From Intoshia linei (lineage: Eukaryota > Animalia > Orthonectida), in assembly GCA_001642005.1 (NCBI GenBank), contig LWCA01000255.1:1-36360 (forward strand): a stretch of 36,360 nucleotides of DNA, read 5' to 3'. The notes under the pieces were generated by a model. It did no database searches, was not told the origin of the DNA, and saw only the letters and a list, made by a program, of their open reading frames with translations. Shown here piece by piece: positions 23,310 to 35,948 of this stretch; within the stretch, counting starts at the first letter, position 1, and the number at the start of each line of letters is the position of its first letter. Position numbers and translations under genes: made by a program.

Positions 23310-24439
23310 GATTTTATACTTATTATCAATCAAATTGTTATAGACACAGTTAGAAGATAATTTTATTGATATATTTTTTATTCGATATCCGTTAATTAAT
23401 TAATCATTTCAATGTGAATTTGACATTACTAATAAACCTAATTGTCAATAAACCTACACCACTATACATTTTGAAATTAAGTCAGAATTCGCATCTAATG
23501 CATTACAATGGTCTTTGTATATTGTAGTTCTAAATTAAAAAAATATACAATTTATTTCGTTGTATTTTAGTAATATTTTCAACCGACTTGATGATAATCT
23601 AGCGTTGTACAGGATTTTCGAGATTTTTTAAAATTTGAAAACAGTTGGTTGATACTACATTTGTATGATCTATCATGAATTCATGATGTATATCTAAAAT
23701 AATTTTTGAGCAGGAATGCGTAGACTTCTGGGCTCACTTTTATTTAAGACAGTAAGAAAAGTCGAGTCTTAAAAATTCCATGTTTATATTAGTTTTTTCG
23801 AACGGTGAGATTTATCGCAAATTTAAGTTTCAGAAATTGATCCCTTCAATGTCAACTATCCACCCAACTATCCTTTTTTGCTATTTGAAACGAGTCCAAG
23901 AATTATAAAAAATACACACCTTCTGTCTAATATAGTGTTTTCCAACCTTTTTTACTACATTACCCATATTATAGTACTTATTTTGATATTACCAACAATA
24001 TTTTTTTAACTGCATATTGGGTGACCAGGTTTTTATAATAATTAAATAAAAATTTTTAAAAAACTAATTTCACAAAATATAAGTACTAAAATAATTCCTG
24101 ATTTTTATTGAAATGGAATGAAAAATATTTAAATTTTTATTTTTTAAGACGAGAGTAAATTTTGTTTATGCCGGTAAAGATGTAAATTTCTAACAGTTAA
24201 ATCTACTCGCTGTAACAGAAAAAAAATTAAAGATTTGGATTTTTTTTGTTTTTAACTTTCTGAGACTGTTGCGACATGTCGAATTAAGATGAGACCAAAA
24301 CCATTTATAATTTTTTCAGATATAATCAAAATGTTACGTGGTTGATAATAATAAATAAAGTTTCCAAATAAAAAAAATTAATATTAAATTGCTTTTTTGA
24401 TGGAGAAAGCGTCAGTTTGTCAGATTGATTTTTTTTGTG

Positions 24440-24752
24440 CGTTAATTGGATATAGATATAACTGTATCAACAATTTTTTAAAAAATTATAAGGCTATTTA
24501 CATTTTTTAAAAACATGGTAATCTGTAGTTTCTATCGTGAAAATGCACTTTTTTGAGGTTGTCATTGATGAAAATGCTTATGATTTTAATAACTATCCCA
24601 GAATTTATGTTTTTTTAAATTTTCAGTTGATTATATTTAAAAAAAAGAGGCTTGGATTTCTGACGATGAAGGACTCAATTTTGGAAAATAAAACTTTGAT
24701 ATAAACTAAATAAAAACATCACCTGCAAAAAATGGATTAGAATCCAAATCAT
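24440..24752 (-). mobile_element. Diverged Helitron-like fragment abutting the truncated end of the CYB5R pseudogene
   Basis: Similar to 15590-15975. Confidence 0.55.
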
Positions 24753-25470
24753 TTTACTGAATAGGGAGGAGTGGAAAAGCTTAGACGTACTGAAAACTCA
24801 ACTAAATTTTAGTGTCATTTTAATTTTTATATAAATTATACCAGAAGCATTGTTAATTCTTGTATACGATATTCTTCCTACCAGTCCAGAAACAGTCAAT
24901 TGGTCTCCTTCATTAAGCGACATCAAATAATTCCCCATTTTTCCTCTTGGATAATTTGAACTTGGAACAGGTTTGTAAAGCTTGAATTATATACATTAAA
25001 TTAAACTGCACAATATTTTAAGATATTATTATTATCGAAAGACAAACAAGTTATTCGATTTTATATAGATGTATTAATATAATAAATGGCACCTTAATTA
25101 CCAGCTCTGCCACACCATTCGTATATTTATCCAATGAAACAGGAGTATATGGTCTACTAATTTTTTCACCGTTACACAATCCATGAAGCATGGCGTGTTA
25201 TTTTAAATTAACAGTAAAGTATTTTTCGGTCAACTTGAACATTTTTAATATATAATGTACCTAAAAATGTTATCAGTATTTACTACAAAGGCAGCAAAGC
25301 TTCGTAGACAAAAAAATATAGCTGATGTTAAAAACTAGTTTCTCAAATAATATTAAATATTTAAAAAAAATTAGCAATTGGTAAACTCAAAACATGTGTG
25401 GAGTCGGTCATTCCAATATTAATTTTATCGTATTATGTGTGAGTACCTGAAAAGTTTTTTTACATTATTG
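24753..25470 (-). pseudogene. Unprocessed CYB5R pseudogene (tandem duplicate, exons 3-6)
   Basis: Colinear with 28575-29760 including introns. It has an in-frame TGA (TTG GAA TGA), frameshifts and a donor mutated GT to CT. It retains RPYTP and GKMGNYLMSLNEGD but is truncated before GGTG. Confidence 0.88.
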
Positions 25471-25938
25471 TTACATTTTGAATTTTCAAATTAAATTATT
25501 ATGTCGTCATTTTTTTGATGCTACAAAAAATGTAGGTTTCAAAAAAATAAAATGGTCAATATATGCTAGAGTAGTAAAGACCACCAAACTGACATAGCCA
25601 CAAGCATACTTTACGTCTTAGTTTATATATTATTTATATCGGATAAGACAACTGTTTTATACAGGTCTCCTGTCCTTTCTCCTCACAACGAGAAATTTGG
25701 TTAACGCAGTATTTTTTGTGTTAATTCTTAAAAGCAGTGAAAAATGATTTTAACGCGAATTTTCTTAGTACAGTCGGACCTCGGTTTGGAAAATCATTTT
25801 TTGAACAATGCCCCAAAAACAGGGGTTTTAGTAAATTATCTAATTTTTCATTGAATATTTAAATTATTACAATACAATATGATATTATATTTGAAATATG
25901 TGACACAGAAAATACATAAATGTTTGCTATATCTAAAT

Positions 25939-26531
25939 CAGTGTTTCTTAACCGTTGGGCCAGGCCCCACTGGTGAGACTGGACGAAATTTTTGGTAGGG
26001 CCTTGGAAATATTACAAATTTATAGGATTATGAAAACTTTAGATTAGTTTATTGTTCATTTTATACAATATTCTCAGGTTTATGAGTGGTTATGTAATAC
26101 TTGAACCAATTAATTGTATTATTAAATTGTTAGAATGACAAAAAACAAATATATCCTTAATGATCGTGGGCTATTTAAAGTAATTTTAACTAAATTGATG
26201 AGTATATGCAAAATTATCCGACTTTAACTCTTTTTGTTAAGATTGCTTTGTTGCCATTTCCATTTTCTTTTTTAGCAGAATGCGGGTTTAGTGCAGTTTT
26301 AGACTTACTGACAAAAAAATAAATAGACTACAAATTTCAAAAAGGGGAGATCTACGATTAAAGCTTACAACATTAGTACCTAATATTAATAAACTCTGTC
26401 AGAATCGTCAGGCTCAATCGTCTCATTAATTCTAAAAAATAAATACATTATTATTGTTTTTATCATTATTTTATTATTCGCTCGAATTCTTGTTTAGTGG
26501 GGCCTAGCATAAAAAAGGTTAGGAAACACTG
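25939..26531 (+). mobile_element. Internally deleted Buster-type hAT element
   Basis: TIRs CAGTGTTTCTTAACC / GGTTAGGAAACACTG; TSD ATCTAAAT / ATC-AAAT. Residual C-terminus ALLPFPFSFLAECGFSAVLDLLTKK..RLQISKRGDLRLKLT.LVPNINKL...QAQSSH*. Confidence 0.88.
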
Positions 26532-26876
26532 ATCAAATATATGTAGTTTAGTTTCATAATGCAAAATTGGCATGTTTTAAATATAAATTTTAATATACAT
26601 GTGTTTTAAAGTGATCACTTTTGCGTATTTTTTTCAAAGATCAAAAAGTATTTTTCATCATTAGGATTATTATTATTAGGAAAAAATTATTCAAATTGGT
26701 TGAGTTTGGAACCGGCCACTCAACATTGTTAATCTGGTCACATTGAAATATGGTATTAATTTTTTAAACATTTCTTTTCGTTCTGAGTAATATAAAAAGT
26801 AAATTTATTTACACAATGTGCGTGTAAAATTAAGTTTATTTTTGAACTTCAATCTATTATAATAGTATGTAATATA

Positions 26877-27066
26877 TCCTAACTTAAATAATATGCTACG
26901 CGATTTTTGTTTGTGTGTGTATTATGGTTTATTTAAATAATAATATTTAAATTATTAACCCGTCTTAGAATTTTTTAAAGACCACATTTCAATTACAGTT
27001 TTTTCCGGGACGTATAGTAAGATAAATTTTAACCTCCCAATTTCACATCTTACGGGTCAAAAACCT
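26877..27066 (+). mobile_element. 5' fragment of the Helitron-like family (copy D)
   Basis: Near-identical to the reverse complement of 1190-1369. Confidence 0.75.
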
Positions 27067-27213
27067 CGGGAAATACTAGTAATCGACTATACTGAAATTA
27101 TATAAGTACATATGACATTATAATATAAATTAAATACACTTCATAGTTAAAAAAAATCCAAATGTTTCGATGCATTACTAAAATATTTATATTGAAATAT
27201 TTACTTTTAATCA

Positions 27214-27800
27214 TTAATGAGATGGTTGTATTTTTGTGTCATTTACTAGTTTATTAAAATTAGGAGTATTAATTTGACAAGGATAATTTCATTAAATTTT
27301 CAAGTTTTTATCAGTGAGGGACGACCGATTTTATTGAGTTCATTACAGAAAACGCTGATTCGCATAAGTATGTCGAACCGAAACATGATTGAACATATTC
27401 TGAACACATCTTAATTATATTGTATTTCTATTTGGATACTTATTCCCAACAATCGTTATCCATAACCGATTTTATTATGTTATTATGAAGGCCTTAAAAA
27501 AGATCATCAAAAATTCCGAGAAAACAATCTTTTAAAAATTGACCATCTGAAAACGATTTTCCATTTTTTGCTAACATTTATCTAAATTTAAAAGATGAAA
27601 CCGTTGCTTTTTCTGACTTTTTACAGAATATTGACATTGATTTTTGTTTTCCCAAAAATTGTTCATTAAGGCTAAGAACAGGTGAACAATGTTCAGTGAG
27701 TATACACTACATAATTACTAAATCATTTTCTAATTCAAGTAGACAATATTTATTTGAATTAAATGTATGTCAAATAAATAAATTTAAAATATAATTTTTA
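27214..27800 (-). mobile_element. hAT transposase C-terminal remnant
   Basis: Minus strand reads [22 protein letters not shown]...TPNFNKLVNDTKIQPSH*, paralogous to 16485-16673. Confidence 0.82.
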
Positions 27801-28054
27801 TATTCCAACGATTGACTTAAAAATAACACCCCTGATATACACTAAGGACTAGTGACTAAGAAACTACATATCTATAACACCGATTTCAGCCATATTCACA
27901 TGGTGCATTCTATTAACCATTATAGCTGATTTTTTATGAAAATTAGAAAAGTCAAACATAACCTGTTCATTTACAATGTACAAAACAGTCAAGTTACAAG
28001 TATAATTGGCGTTATAAAACATTATTATTTATTTATTGTTGATAAACACTAAGT

Positions 28055-29965
28055 CTAATATTTGACAACACGTTCATCGGTATAATCCATGCTAACGAGT
28101 AGAGATTTCATTAATTTCATCATTATTGGAGGTCCACACATGAGACTCACTGTATCTTCTCCTGGAGGAGGAAAATGTTTGCTAACCATATCTTTGTCAA
28201 TAAACCCAATGTCATATTTCCAATCTAATTAAAATTAAACTAAGAAATGTATGCATTGTGTATGTATGTATTTACATGTATTACATTATGTACATTAATA
28301 TTAATGTATTACCTTCCGGAGCAATCGATCGATCAATAGTATAATGAATTTTTAATTTCCCATTATATTTTCGAGACAATTCATTTAAATCGTCAAACAG
28401 CAATATATCATCTTCGCTCTATAATGAAATTTATATTGCCAAAAATAAAACAATAAACCCTATTTGCATATATAAGATAGATTTGAATTTCATTTTTTTC
28501 CGCAAAGAGAATTTCTTGAATATATTGATACATTGGAGTTAAACCAGTTCCACCAGCTATCATACCTATCTTGTTACATTTTAGTGAATAGGGAGGAGTG
28601 CTATAGGACAGGCGTATTAAAAACTTGACTAAATGTTAGTGTTATAAAATTTTTATTAATGTTACCAGATGCATTGTTAATTCTTTCACAAGATATTCTT
28701 CCTTTGGGGCCAGAAACAGCCAATTCATCTCCTTCATTAAGCGACATTAAATAATTCCCCATTTTGCCTCCTTTATAATCTGCACTTGGATCAGGTTTGT
28801 AATGCTTGTTGGATTATATATTTTTACTTACATAAAATGGAATGTCTGTGTTTAAATTGAAAAAACCCCAAATTCTAATAGACTTTCAAGAATCATTCAC
28901 ACATCTACTCTTGCAGAGCTAGCTACTGTTGGTACGATGTACAAAACAAGATATTATGTATATCAATTATATTTATCTTTTATTGTAGTCAAGAATGTAG
29001 ACCAGTGGTTCCCAAACTTAATTTATCTATCTCTGACTTTCAGACAAAATATTCTGACAGCGCTCTTTAAAAAATTATTTTCCTCTTAGAAGATTAAAAT
29101 TAATTTATATGTAAATATATGTAATCAAATAAATTAATGTAAATTAAATATACTCATATTAATATAACGTTAAATGTAATAATTCTCAAATATCGTTCGC
29201 TTTTTTTCAATAGCCCATTTTCGGAACTACTCATGATATTATTACTTAAAATATTAAACTAAGCCCATTTCACTTCATGTTTCAATATTCATCTCGCTCA
29301 ATATCACTTTAAAATTGCAACGAAAGAAAGATAAACGAGACCTTCAATTTAATATATACAGATGTACTTTCATAAATAGAATAAATTATACCTTAATTAC
29401 CAACTCTGTTACACCATTCGTGTATTTATCCAACGTAATAGGAGTATATGGCCTACTAAAATTTTCACCATCACATATTCCATGAATTATAATATGGGAT
29501 CCTAAATAAATCATAAACTATTTTTCAGTGAATCTCAACTTTTTTTATAAATAAGCCACCAAATATATCAGTATTTATTGCAAATGCAACAAAGCTTCGT
29601 AGTTAAAAACTGACGGGCGTTTATTTATGTTATATTGGTAGACAAATGTTTTCAATGAATATTTAAAAAAATACCAATCGGCAAACCCAAAACATGATTT
29701 GGAGTGGGTAATTCCAATATTAATTTTATGGTATTGTGTGTGAGTAGCTAAAAGATTTTTACAATTTTGGTACGTGGTATTTTTGCGATAAATACCAGTT
29801 TATGTTGAATTTTGAGAAAAATCTTTGTGTCAACATTGACCAATGTCTTTTGAAGTCTGTTAGATAACATGAAATAAATGCTTACAGCTATCACAGCTAC
29901 ACCAATTATCTAAATGAATATATTAATCAATGAGAGAAATATATTACAATTGCGTACTGCTCCAT
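28055..29965 (-). CDS. CYB5R: NADH-cytochrome b5 reductase (CYB5R1/2/3 family), 8 exons, 299 aa
   Basis: Exons 29965-29948, 29909-29796, 29747-29675, 29501-29392, 28804-28666, 28628-28459, 28418-28313, 28224-28055 (900 nt). N-terminal hydrophobic anchor and motifs VLGLPIG.H, RPYTP, GGKMG.YL, GPKG, GMIAGGTGLTPM, YAN.SEDDILL and MCGPP. Confidence 0.95.
28822..28958 (+). mobile_element. Minimal (~135 bp) Helitron-like element in CYB5R intron 4
   Basis: 5' TTTACTTACATAAAATGGAATGTCTGTG. 3' GCAGAGCTAG..CTGTTGGTACGATGTACAAAAC resembles the 3' end of copy B. Absent from the matching pseudogene intron. Confidence 0.55.
29003..29232. mobile_element. Degenerate hAT MITE in CYB5R intron 4
   Basis: CAGTGGTTCCCAAAC at left; decayed TTTCGGAACTACTC at right. 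Confidence 0.45.
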
Positions 29966-30328
29966 TTTATAATTTTAAGTCAAATTTATAAAATACAAAG
30001 TTTATTGAAATTTAAATTGATCAGACACAATTTTTGTTTATTTTTGCTAATGTTATAGAATTTTTACTTTTCCAGAAAAGAGTGAAAAATATTCAAATTC
30101 CAAAACAGAGTCTCTTTAAGAGTCTAAAATAGAGAAGAAATGATATACAATGAGTAGTCCGATATGCCTTTCAGATAATTAAGTTTTTGTCCATATCGTA
30201 TGATAAAATTTATAATAAACAAGTGTTTGCCATCCTAAGATGTTGAGAATTTATTTGATAACGCGATTTGCTTTTAAATTTTTTCCAAGAAAATTAATTC
30301 CACCAAAAAAATAAATGTAATAATAAAA

Positions 30329-30990
30329 TCCTTTATTTATACAACATTGAATATTCATGTATGTGTGTTACAATTTATTTAAAAACTTACCAGTCATAGA
30401 ATAGAAAAACTCAATTTATAATACATCTTTTTGGCGGCTGATGTTCACATCTAAGTTTTATTATAAAAAATTGAGTCCTTCAAGGTTAAAACCCAATTTG
30501 CACTTTTTTTAAAAAATATAATCAACTCTAAAACTTAAAAAAATTTAAATTCTGGAACGTTAGAAATTCATTAAGATTGTTTTAAATCTCACCCTTAGAA
30601 ACGCAAATTTTCATGGTCAAAACCACAAATTATCCTTTATTTTAAAAATTAAACAAGTCATAAAATTTTATAAAACATAAATTCTAAGATTGTTTTCAGA
30701 ATCATAAGCATTTTCATAAATTCCAAGCTCAAAAACGTGGATTTTCACGATCAAAAATCTTATTTGGTAATTATTATACATTATAATTAATAGTCCTACA
30801 ATTAAAAAAAATCTTCTGATACAACTTATGCAACTTGATATAGTTACAACATTTAAACCTCAAAAATCTATGTATTACCTGTGAAAAATAACTTTTAATA
30901 TATATTATCAACTTATATTTTTCAAATTTTTAAATTAAATTTGAATTTAAAATTAAAAATGTAAATATTGATCTTACAATTTCATTTTTG
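30329..30990 (+). mobile_element. Diverged Helitron-like copy between CYB5R and TXNL4A
   Basis: A|TCCTTTATTTATA...gtatgtgtgttac 5' end and internal blocks (ggtcaaaaccacaaatta, aatcataagcatt) shared with 31372-32060. Confidence 0.6.
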
Positions 30991-31186
30991 TCAATTTTGA
31001 CCACTATTGACAATCAGTGTCAGCTGTGGACAGTGTCCACTGGACACATTTAAAAAAATTCAAAGTCTAGGTTATTTCAATTTGAAGTTTAATTTTGAAC
31101 GGCATCAGTATATATTGCATGGATACAAAATGAAACAAAATTTATAGCTGAAATTATTTTAACTATTTCAATATTAATTAACCAGA

Positions 31187-33432
31187 ATGTCGTACATGTT
31201 ACATCACTTGGAAAATGGATGGCAGGTATTTATTGAATTATATTACACAGGATAACATTTTTACAGTTTAAAAAAAATTTCTGCTACGTTTATTTTTAAA
31301 TGATAGAATTGCAAAATGTATATTTTGAAAGATAGAGGGAAATGTATATCTTTGTTACCGTAATAATATCATCCTTACTTATATACATGTAATATGATAC
31401 GCAATATTTGTTTGTGTGTGTGTGTTACCGTTTATTTCAATAACTACCAGTTTTAGAATTTTATAAAGTCCACATTTTAATTACAGTGTTGTCCGGGGTG
31501 ATAATAAAATAAATCTCAACCTCCCAAACTCACACCTAACGGATCAAAAACCATAATTGTCTTTTTTTTTAAATTAAACGAGTTGGAGAATTTAAAAATA
31601 TATACGCTGATACGAACTTCAAAATCATAAACATTGTCATAAATTTAAATTTAGAAAAAATATATCTTCAGGGTCAAAACCACAAATTACCCTTTTTTTT
31701 ATGAAAACAGTCTTAGAATTTAAAAAAATTTACAGGTTGTACAGTTGTATCCTGTTAACACACAAAAAATTTCAATCTGAATAAGATACGACTTCATGGT
31801 CAAAAAAGCATTTTAGTATTTATATATTTTTTTCCCGAAATATTTTATTAAAACAAAAATTTTGAAATAATATACGGTCCTACTATTAAAAGAAAAGATC
31901 ATTCTGATGCAGCTTATTCCGGTTGATATACAAAATTTCAATCACAGAAATCTACGCATTCCCGGTGAAAAATAATTTGTAATATATTATCAACTAATAG
32001 TTTTCAAATATTACGATTAACAAAATAAATTGTAAAATAAATATTGATCTTACAATTTTAAAAAAAATGGGCATTGAACGTCTACACATTTCCAATTAAG
32101 AAATATGGGTGAAAATCTATATAATTTATTCCTTCGAAATTTTTTTCATTGCTACGCAATTTTTCAATTTGAAATTCGCATTTTCAAAACATTTTGTTTA
32201 AAATTTAAATTAAAACTAGAACAAAAATTACTAAAAGTAATACAACTTTGTTATTATCATTTTGATATTTATTACAATCCTTTGCAATATTGATAAAATT
32301 CGCCTGAAATATGTTTATAAAGTGAAGATTCCGTTAATTGTTGATATATAATTCATATTTTTAAATATTTATTACATTGGTACTGAATATATATCATTAC
32401 ATTGAAAATAACAAAATAGGTTTTTATAATTTTATTTTTTCTGGAATTTATGCTATTTTGATGATATTTTATGGCGATTTCATTTACACAGTATAATTAA
32501 AATTATTAATTTATAGTATCGTTTTAAGGAAAATAAAATTTTTTTTAATTATGACAATTATGTCAGAAATATGACATGTATGACTTTTTAAAAATTGATA
32601 TAGCCCTTTAAATGTGTCTATTAGAGTTCCCGCCTACATTTCTAACATTTTTTATGACATTGTTCGCCCTACTTATGACACAAAACTATTGATCGTCTAG
32701 ATTTTTTTTATATTAAGTTTTAATAATTTTCAAATAGACAAAATTTAAAATCCTCCATAAACAATAATCATAAAGCATGTTATACATTTTTTTAACTTTA
32801 ACTCTAAATGGTTCACATTTAGTAGAGTAAGATTTTTTTGGTTTTATTAGACGTAAGCCACAAATTAGCAAAGATGAAAAAAGTTTCGTAGAGGGTATCG
32901 GGTACAATAGACTGAGCTCTATTAAATTGAAAAACACTTGCCTAATATTTCTGATAATCACCAAATGTAAGAATACAAAAAAATACTTTTGTATGTTTAA
33001 TTAGTGGGACTTGCTAATGTTTATTGATTTTTCGATATTTAGGTGGACCAGGCCATATTGAACGAACCTGAAAGAGTGGTGGTGATCCGATTTGGACATG
33101 ATTGGGATCCTACCTGCATGGTTATGGATGAAATAATGTACAAAATCAGCGAAAAAATAAAAACTTTTGCTGTAATGTATATTGTAGATATAACTAAAGT
33201 GCCCGATTTTAATAAAATGTACGAACTGTACGATCCATGCACCGTAATGTTTTTTTATCGAAACAAACACATGATGATTGATTTGGGAACCGGAAACAAT
33301 AACAAAATAAATTGGGCTTTAGACAACCGTCAAGAATTTATTGATATAATCGAAACAATATACCGTGGAGCCCGTAAAGGACGAGGTCTCGTTATTTCAC
33401 CAAAAGACTATTCCACAAAATATAAATATTAA
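31187..33432 (+). CDS. TXNL4A: U5 snRNP Dim1 / thioredoxin-like 4A, 2 exons, 142 aa
   Basis: Exon 1 31187-31225 (MSYMLHHLENGWQ) and exon 2 33043-33432 (VDQAILNEPERVVVIRFGHDWDPTCM...GRGLVISPKDYSTKYKY), joined across an 1817-nt GT-AG intron. Confidence 0.97.
31372..32470 (+). mobile_element. Helitron-like copy C in the TXNL4A intron
   Basis: A|TCCTTACTTATATA 5' end and (TG)n tract; colinear with the reverse complement of about 220-1369. Confidence 0.75.
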
Positions 33433-33458
33433 TTTATTGTAATTATAATACATTGTAA

Positions 33459-35845
33459 TTAAAGTTTTGGCGTATTTACACTATTCTTTTGTACAAGATT
33501 CAACAGATATCCATTTTCCAAAACTATATTGTGAATTGAAATAGTTTCATTGACGTAAATTTTGATTATTCCAAAAGTGAATGTGAACAACAAATTCATT
33601 GTTAAAATGGAAAATTCGCTGACGAGATAAAAGGAACTACTGATTGGAGTGTCTATTATAATTAATAATGTCAACAAGGTTGACCATACCGAAGCGAAAA
33701 CCAACGTACGGTAAATTAACATGCATTCATTCCAATTTGCTGGTACGTGTCTAATTTGTGAAATATATATGCAGAGAAAAATAAAACACACTGGAGAGCT
33801 CAATCGATAAAGATATAGTGTAATAATAGAGTAAATGTTTTTATTGAAGGTGCAACTATAATACATGATATCTTGAGCATATCGGGTATATCGTGTTAAA
33901 TTACTGTGTATATTAACTTCTCGACACATAAGAAAAATAATAAATACAATCTAAAAATTGATATTAAGATTAATAAATACAATATATATGAAGTGCCTTG
34001 TTCAAATTAAGTCAACCTTGAAATTATTTTTAAAATTTTTATTTACTAAGAAAATAAAATTTCAATTGGTGTTAGTTTGTAGGCTGATATGAAGGTGAAA
34101 TGGCTTCAAATTTTAAAAATATATAATGTAAACTCGCCTTTTTTACCAATTAAAAATAAATTCAAAAATATGGGCCGTAATATTATACAAGACAAAATCA
34201 AAAATACAAAAAATTTAATCGTAAAAACAGCATACATAAAATTGTCTAATCTGATTAATAATACAGTTTAATCAGTGATGGCAAAAATATGACCCGCTTA
34301 GGGATTCTGCCTGACACGCTGGTAAAAAGCTTATTTGAAATTTTTAATATTGTGTGGAAAAATTAACTCAAAAGTGTGTAATAATAGAAAAGTATACATG
34401 TCTAAAATTATTTATCATTTAAAAGTGACACACAACTAGAAAAGAAAACAGCGAAAATTTTTTTTGACACACCAACTGAAAAGTCTTGCCATTACTGGTC
34501 TAAATTCTTATTAAACGAATTGAAAATTTTTTGCAATAATAACACAATTGTTAGCGGAATTTAATTTTTTTAACTAAAATGAAAAAATCATTAATTGGCT
34601 ATATTTCTTGTTATTATGAGTTTTTCAACAATACATGGCGAAGTACTCTACACCAACCATTCTCAATGGGGTGAATGTGGATATTAATTTTTTCTAATTT
34701 AACAATAAACTATTTCAGCCACAGTCCAAGTCTAATTTCATGGACAAAATTTCTAGTATACTGAATTTTACAATAAAAAATTAAATTTTTTTAAATTTGG
34801 ATAATGACGACTCACCACTAAGTAATTCTACATATCCACTATTATTAGTACGATACTGTAGTGGTTCTTAAACTTTAAATTTGAGTCAAATTATTTGACA
34901 AACCCCAATTTCACCAAATAATTTTTACGGACCCCCTTTAAAATATTTTTATCGATAATAAATCTTAACCAAATTTTCGGAAGATAAATCGACAAAAATA
35001 TTCTGCTGATATAGATAATTTTTTAGCATCTGCAATATTTAAACTTAAACTTACATTGATTTCTAAGCCAAATATTAGATAAATCTTGTATATGAAAATA
35101 ATTTCTCAATTAATTTTTTAGAGAAGTGAAATGATCCATAAAAATTGCTCTTAAATCATCAGAAATTTCTCGTTTAGATATTTTAAAAAAATTATTAAGT
35201 AAATAAACGATTCATAAATTGAGTTTCTAATTTGTTGTAACAATAATATATTTCGCGGATCCCATGAAAAATTATACAGACCTTAGTTGAAGAAAAACTG
35301 CGCTAGTACATTTTAAACTCCAAAATTATTCAAATACCCGTTGAGAATGGATTTATATTAATTAGTAATTACCGATAATAATAAAACCAAACTTGTCACT
35401 ACAATAATATTATATTTAGAAGACAAGAAATTGACAGCTCTTTTTTTGTAATTGTAAATCTTTACAAATATGACTACAAAAACAATCAAATTTCCATAAT
35501 TATCCATTAAAGTGTATGGTAAACAATATTGAGGTAGCCATATAGAATTAGCTATGGCACCAATACGAAGAATGCATCCAAAAAATATGTACATGTCGAG
35601 TTCATAATGACTACTTATTAGAAATTGACTCTTTCTATTGATGAATAGATACAACATGGAAATTAATAATAGCAATAAAATTATAATCGTGAACGTAATA
35701 AAAATGAAATCTGTAGCGTTTTTGGCATCGAATTTTCGTATTTTTAATTTCGTACATTTTATTGATTTGTGGTCCATTTGATGAACATTTTGGTTTACAG
35801 AATAGTGATAACCACACGGATAACATAGCTCTAATGAATGACAAA
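33459..35845 (-). CDS. Divergent class C GPCR (7tm_3), last two exons; upstream exons lie beyond the window
   Basis: Exons 35845-35373 and 33950-33459 join in phase 0. A Cys-rich tail CYPCGYHYSVNQ...C precedes TM1, there are about seven hydrophobic segments, and VKIY and IRHVPANWNEC resemble the class C K/TRxxPxNFNE motif. Confidence 0.72.
34273..34497. mobile_element. hAT-type MITE, 225 bp
   Basis: TIRs CAGTGATGGCAA / TTGCCATTACTG; degenerate TSD. Confidence 0.7.
34859..35300. mobile_element. Degenerate hAT MITE
   Basis: TAGTGGTTCTTAAACT / AGTTGAAGAAAAACTG, with GC-rich subterminal motifs like those of 10189-10737. Confidence 0.5.
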
Positions 35846-35948
35846 CTAAAATTTTATTTTTTATTATATGATAATTTAATACTAACTAATAACAGGCTGT
35901 TCTACGGTAATTGGGGTCAAATTTACAATAGTGTGAATTTATAATACA

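Noticed and set aside
28248-28312. Quasi-palindromic TGTA/TACA-rich tract in the last CYB5R intron
   Set aside because: Ordinary decayed microsatellite.
29590-29606. AAAGCTTCGTAGTT in CYB5R intron 3, resembling 18S AAAGCTCGTAGTT (possible C/D guide on -)
   Set aside because: It needs a bulge, has no C box and is not adjacent to the CTGA; likely chance.
33043-33045. GTG start for Dim1 as given in the ORF track
   Set aside because: GTG is the first codon of exon 2 after an AG acceptor; the true ATG exon is at 31187.
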